Positions 59,026 to 64,000 of a DNA stretch of 64,000 nucleotides are shown here, piece by piece. This DNA comes from Thermoanaerobaculia bacterium (lineage in GTDB: Bacteria; Acidobacteriota; Thermoanaerobaculia; UBA5066): contig CAWFJJ010000025.1 of the NCBI GenBank assembly GCA_963816185.1, positions 416,001-480,000 of the forward strand, given 5' to 3'. Under the pieces are notes generated by a model that worked only from the letters and a program-made list of their open reading frames with translations, searched no databases and was not told where the DNA came from. Positions within the stretch are counted from its first letter, which is position 1; every line of letters starts with the position of its first letter. The translations under genes and the position numbers were made by a program.

Positions 59026-59517
59026 TCATGAGGGTTTGTTCGCCATCAGGTCGTCCTGGAACATCGTAGAACCGCCCGACGTTCCGAGGCTCGTCTGCGG
59101 AGAGGCCTGTAGCTGGATCTTTCCGTAAGCGAGATCGAAGTCGCAGGGCGGCATCACGTTGCCCTTACTGGTTTCGAGGTCGCCGGTCTGAACCTTCACG
59201 ACGAGCACGTCGGAAAGCGTGATCGTGAAGTATTCGAGGGGCACGTTTCCCGCCTTGCGGCACGTCAGGACCGCCTTTGGGATCTTCTCGTTCGTCGCGA
59301 GCTTCTGGTAAAGCAACGGAGCCGACATGTCGACATTCGCGCGTATCGACAAGTGCGACCATCGGCGCGCGCCGGTAGCCTGGTTCGTGAACGCGTCGCG
59401 AGGGCTCATCAAACCCAGCTGAAAGCCTTCGATCTGGATCTCGCCCTTGTGTCCGGAGGTATCGGCGCTTTCGCCGCCGACTCCGTCGATCTTCAGAAAC
59501 ATGTCGACGAGCGCCAT
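59026..59517 (-). CDS. hcp: Hcp (TssD) tube protein 2, divergent
   Basis: DMFLKIDGV.GES....HKGEI, D.SAPLL, AVLTCRKAG..PLEY. Confidence 0.88.
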   Translation of the reverse strand: MALVDMFLKIDGVGGESADTSGHKGEIQIEGFQLGLMSPRDAFTNQATGARRWSHLSIRANVDMSAPLLYQKLATNEKIPKAVLTCRKAGNVPLEYFTITLSDVLVVKVQTGDLETSKGNVMPPCDFDLAYGKIQLQASPQTSLGTSGGSTMFQDDLMANKPS

Positions 59518-59564
59518 GGCTGTTTCCTTTCACCCTCTTTGTCGAGAGTGCGAATCATATGCTC

Positions 59565-61034
59565 TCAGTCAAGCGGTGCGGAAAATGCGTCGGGCATCCT
59601 CGCGCGGCGGAGCACGAAGGACTTTTTCAGCGGGTCTCGAGGAGTGAAGCGAGCGGGAGGTCCCACCCGGGGGGCGCTGTTCGAGGAAGGGGACTCGCCA
59701 GGGGCGCGGCAGCGGGAGATGCGTCGGCCGCGGGAGGGGCCGGGGCTGGAACTGCGGAGGAGGTGGCTTCGGGAGGCTCGGCAACAGCGGGTGTCTTGCG
59801 GCACCGCCGGTTCCTCCGAAGGTGTCGGCGCCTCCGAAGGCGCCTCTCCCGCGGGCGCAGCGGGAAGGGGGGACGGCCGCACTTCGGCGGCGGGGGCTGC
59901 CGCGCCGAGCAGGAGAATCTCCTCGACGGGCGGAGGTTCGGGTCCGGGGGCGGTTTCAGGCGGCGGAGCTTTTTCGGCGGGTGATGCGGGCTCGGGAGGC
60001 GGCGCCGCCTCTGCCGGCGCCGCTTTGGTCGCGTCTGGTGCTGATGGCGCGGTGTCGGTCACGGACGCTTCAGCCGCCGGCGGATTGGTCGCCGGCGCGT
60101 CGACCGCCGTCGCGGGCCCGCTCGCTGCCTCCGTCCCTCGCCGCCGGCCGGATTTCGGGATCTCTTCGATGAAATCTGTCGCAATCGCTGCCGGATGGAG
60201 GAGGAGGATGTCTTCCGCCTTCGCGTCTCGGAAGAAGATCACGCCGCAGGGCGCCTCGCCTCCGGTCCTGTAGAGAACGCCGGTCGGGCCCGCTCCCGCC
60301 GGAACGGCCCTGGTGAACCTGACGGTCCAGAGCTTCATCTGGTGGAGCGGGGCCGTCTCGTCGGCGAGCGGAATGCGGAACGCCGCAGCTCCCGCGGTGG
60401 GGCTTCGCGCAGCCGCGTCGAGGCCCGAGAGGAGCTCGGTCCATTTCGTCGACGCGTCTTCTCCGAAGAGGGCCGTGGCGAGAGGTCCGACGCGCGAGCG
60501 CGCGAGCGCTTCGGCGAGCCGTGCGCGGATCTGCTCCTGCGTCCGGAGAGGGACCTCGATCCTGGCTCCGCGGAGCTCCTGGTAGACCGCCGCCAGCGAG
60601 CCCCCCGCGTCGTACTTCCGCCGGATCTCCCGCGCCCGGTCTTCGAAAACCGGGAGGTAGTCGAGCGCCGCCAGCACGGAGGCGGCCGGCTTACCCGCGG
60701 GCAGGATCGTGAAGAGAGCGAACGGAAACCTCCGCAGGCCCCCCTGGTCCGTGCTCCCCCATAGCGCGCCGACGGCCATCTTGCGGCTCTGGGGGAGGCG
60801 AAGGAGAAAGGCGTGGAGCGGGATCTCGCTCGAGCGGCAGTCGTCGCGGGACGACCAGAGGCGGCTGAATCCGTTGGACAGCCAGTCGCGGAACTCGCGC
60901 GAGGCGTCGTCCGTGAGCCCCGCAGAGATGAAGTCTTTGTAGACGGGAAGCTTCCCGAACGCGAAGAGAGGCCACGACTCGGTCGGAGGCGGATCGTCCG
61001 CCGATCGCTTGCGAAATGGGGACAGGAAACCCAT
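59565..61034 (-). CDS. tagF: TagF (DUF2094)-like protein with long Pro/Ala-rich C-terminal tail
   Basis: FGKLP...DFI, WL..G, G....S.D..G.R.FPF motifs; follows tssM-like gene; 3' end uncertain. Confidence 0.75.
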   Translation of the reverse strand: MGFLSPFRKRSADDPPPTESWPLFAFGKLPVYKDFISAGLTDDASREFRDWLSNGFSRLWSSRDDCRSSEIPLHAFLLRLPQSRKMAVGALWGSTDQGGLRRFPFALFTILPAGKPAASVLAALDYLPVFEDRAREIRRKYDAGGSLAAVYQELRGARIEVPLRTQEQIRARLAEALARSRVGPLATALFGEDASTKWTELLSGLDAAARSPTAGAAAFRIPLADETAPLHQMKLWTVRFTRAVPAGAGPTGVLYRTGGEAPCGVIFFRDAKAEDILLLHPAAIATDFIEEIPKSGRRRGTEAASGPATAVDAPATNPPAAEASVTDTAPSAPDATKAAPAEAAPPPEPASPAEKAPPPETAPGPEPPPVEEILLLGAAAPAAEVRPSPLPAAPAGEAPSEAPTPSEEPAVPQDTRCCRASRSHLLRSSSPGPSRGRRISRCRAPGESPSSNSAPRVGPPARFTPRDPLKKSFVLRRARMPDAFSAPLD

Positions 61035-61054
61035 CGGGGCGCTCTCGAAGGCCT

Positions 61055-64000
61055 TCAGTTCGGGAGGATGGGCGGCATCGGCTCGTCGAGCCGGACCTCG
61101 AACGCGCCCTCGAGAAGCTCCCGCGGGTTCTTCCCGTCCGGGATCTGAACGCGAATGGTCCAGACCTTCGGATCCGAGAGCTCGGTTCGCCGCTCGCTCG
61201 CGAGCCGGATGAAATAGAAGAGCTTCAGGGGCCCGCCCGTCACTTCGTAGGTGCTCGTCCATCCCCCTTCCCCGGACTGCTCGTTCCGGCCGCTGATCGT
61301 GAGGAGGGCGTCGGCCGAGCTGAGGCGCCAGACGAACGGAGGCGGAATCCGCTGGGACTTGATGTCCGTCGAGGGGCGCAGGATCACGCCCCGGTCGAAA
61401 AGCGTGATCTGCGAGACGCGGTCCTTCAGCGGGCGTCGTCCCGGGCCGGGCTCGCGGTCGAGGGCGAGGACGCTGACCTCGCGCCCGCCCGGGCCCCCCG
61501 GCTTGCCGCCAAGCGAGGCGGCCGCCGCGGAGCTGGCTCCGCTGATGAAGCGCTGCCAGAGGCGGGCGACGGCGAGGGAGCCCCGGTTCTGCAGGATGAA
61601 GTCGAAGGACGGCTCCGTGCCGCCGAGGAGCGGGTCGACCGCAAATTCGTCGGAGAGGACGCCGACTTCCGTCAGGACCCCGAGGACGTCGGCCTGCCCG
61701 ATCGTGGGGAGGTTCCGGCGGAGCGAGAGCGCGCCCGAGACGCGCTCGGCGGCGTACTCGGCTCGCTCCTGCTTCAGGCGGCTCTCCGGGATGAACGGAA
61801 ACTGTCCGGAGCAGCAGGACGCGAGCCGCTGGTAGAGGGCGTCCCACTTGGGGTTGAACTGCGGCTCGATCGCGGTCTTGATCAGGCTGGCGCCGCGGTC
61901 CTCGAGATTCTTCAGCGATCGCCCGTAGGGCCCGCCCTTGATCCTCAGGTCGCCCGTGAACGCGTGCCACCCTCTCAGCGTGGCCCCTTCGCCTCCCGTC
62001 GCGAGCTGCTTCCACGACTTCAGCTCGTCCTTGTCACCGAGCGCGCCGACGGTCTTCTTGAAAGTCTCGGCGGCGGCGAGGAGGTAGTCCGGGATCACGG
62101 CCGGCTTGGCCGAAACGCGGGCGCGCGAAACGGCTCCTGTAGTACTCGATGACGGGGTTGAGGTTCGCGTTCGTCTGGACGAACCCCTGCAGGTCGGCGA
62201 GCGTGAGCTGCCCGGCCTGGTCGGCGCGCGCCGCCTCCGCCGCCTCCGGCCGGAGTCCAGGTCCCGACGGCGATCTGGAACGTACGCCAGGCGCGGGCCG
62301 TCAGCGCGGATCCCGGGATCGTGAACCCGCCGCCTCCCGACCTCACGGGCGAGCCCGTGGCGTCGAGGAAGCGCTTCAGGTAGTCGATCTCGCCCTGCGA
62401 GAGCGCCTTGACGTCGTTCTTCGCGTCGTCGCGGGAGAGCGCGTTCGTCTGCCGCTCGGCGAGCGAGACGACGCCGTTGCCGTAAGGAATCATCATCTGC
62501 GTGAACGGCTTCTGGAAGCAGATGGCGGGGTTGCAGCCGGGGCCGATGGAGGCGGTCAGGAACTCCTGGACCGGGGGAAGCACGCGCGCGAGGAGCGCGA
62601 GCTCGGCGGTGCGCCGCGCGAAGGGGCCGACGTCGCTCGCGCGGAAGCGCGCGTCCGGAATCGTCTTCTCGAAATCCGCGGCCTTCGCGACGGACGCGTT
62701 CTTCAGGTCCTCCTGCCGTTTCTGCCACTCTTCGAGCTTCTGCTTCTTGCCGTCCAGCGAGGAGATCGTGTTCACCTGGGTCAGGATTTTTCCGTCGTCG
62801 GTCGCCCGGAAGGCGTCGAGGTCCGAGTACGCGCCGACGTCGGAGAGGAGAGAGCTGACGAGAACGGTCGGGTTCGCGAGCTTCGTCTTTCCGGGAGTGG
62901 ACGTCTCGTCGAGGAGAAACGCGAAGCCGCTCTTCTGCGCGCCCAGGTTCGCGTAGTCGACCTGGAGGCGGCCGATCAGCTCCTGGAGGCGCGACGTGTT
63001 GACGCGCGTCTGAGCCGCCGGGTGGAAGGTCGGGGCGATCGTCGCGCCGGGAAGAGAAGGCGGGGGAAGAGCCGGGAGGGGCGGCGGCGAGGCGGTGCCG
63101 GCGGCCGTCGCGGGAGCGGTCGAGGGGGCGGCGGGAGCGGCCGGTGCCGCGGCTGCGGCGCAGTGGGCGGCCCGAGCGTGAGGAGCTGCGCGTAGGACTC
63201 GGTCAGGTAGCGCTGCCATTGCTCGACGTTCGCGCCCGGGAAGCCCTTCTCGCCGGGACGGGGCGTCTCGAGGTGCTTCGTCAGCGCGTCGAAGTTCGCC
63301 TTGAACTGCTTCGCCGTGTCGGCGGTGCGCTTCAGGTAGCTCGCCTCCTGGGGGTCGACGATTCCCGTGAGCGCCGTATAGAGCCGGACCCATTCTTCCA
63401 GCCCCTTCATGAGCTTCCAGTCCCAGCGCGCGAGGTTCGCGACGGTCCAGTACCGCTCGAACGTGTCGATGGGACGGCTCGGATCGGGGACGCCGACCTT
63501 CAGGTCTCCCGCGTTCCGCCCGCGGGCGAGCTGCGTGACGAAAGCATCCGGCCGGGGGTCCGCCGGCGTGATCTGAGCGGCCCACTCGTCGATCTCGGCC
63601 GCGTACTCGCTCCCCGCGATTCCCTTCGTCTTCTGGGCGAAGTTCACGAGGCCGAGGAGGCGGAGGTCCTCCGCGCGGAAGGCGTCCGTGCCGTCCGCCT
63701 TCTTGAGGGACTGATCGAAGCCGCGCCACGCCAGGAAGCTCTGGAGAGCGCCGAAAAACGCCGAGTAGTCGGAGAAGGTCTCCCAGTTCAGCGCGGCCAT
63801 CCGCGCCTCGGACTCCTTCAGGAGCGGCCGGACGACTCCGTCGAAGAAGAGCTTCTGCTGGACGGTCGCGAGGAGGCTGTGGATCTCGTTCGACTTCGCG
63901 CCCCTCAGGAACAGGCCGAGAAGGAAGGGGTGCTGGCCGAGGCTGACGCGGTCTTCGTAGAGCAGCCGGGTCAGCTCGTACTTCTGGGCGATCGTGCAGG
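61055..64000 (-). CDS. tssM: Large divergent TssM (IcmF)-like protein, 5'-truncated by window edge, frameshifted near 62100-62250 and 63150
   Basis: Position directly upstream of tagF; FFGALQSFL resembles the ImcF-related segment, GQFPF and GGPLKLFYF resemble TssM C-terminal motifs. Confidence 0.55.

Noticed and set aside
59565-62015. 816-aa ORF as one protein
   Set aside because: The first ~325 aa overlap the tssM-like gene in a shadow frame; TagF motifs begin after the ATG at 61034.

Overview
High-GC bacterial DNA. The gene repertoire (Acidobacterial-type VWA protein, Hanks kinases) suggests Acidobacteriota, possibly Thermoanaerobaculia; this is an inference. The window has four blocks. 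(1) 1-15.7 kb: housekeeping genes (ptrB, GHL10 lipoprotein, pepP, RluA-family, OmpA, VWA, ndk, PIG-L, sucCD, hydrolase, methyltransferase, His-phosphatase, TVP38, flavoprotein). Two unexplained palindromic elements lie here: a back-to-back pair of paralogous promoter-hairpin units at ~4.5-4.76 kb and an in-frame translated palindrome at ~12.4 kb. (2) 15.77-22.13 kb: a tRNA-Val(TAC)...tRNA-Asp(GTC) locus with two displaced tRNA-Val 3' halves. These delimit a degenerate 5.4 kb phage-satellite-like element (truncated integrase, Rep with internal iterons, AlpA/Xis HTHs, terS-like gene, structured leader) and a 0.75 kb one-gene islet. (3) 22.2-35.7 kb: a membrane-anchored phosphosignalling and modification block (two Ser/Thr kinases, PP2C, FHA, pseudokinase, YkgJ, two unknown paralogs, PKMT-like methyltransferase, TssB-TssC fusion). 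(4) 35.8-64 kb: a type VI secretion locus (tssM-like, tagF, two hcp, tagJ, tssABCEFGH) with two spike/effector cassettes: VgrG-HExxH peptidase with PAAR, and VgrG-DUF2169-DUF4150-AHH nuclease-Imm11-TIGR02270. Many frameshifts are present and are most likely long-read indel errors. All family assignments come from motif recognition, not database searches.
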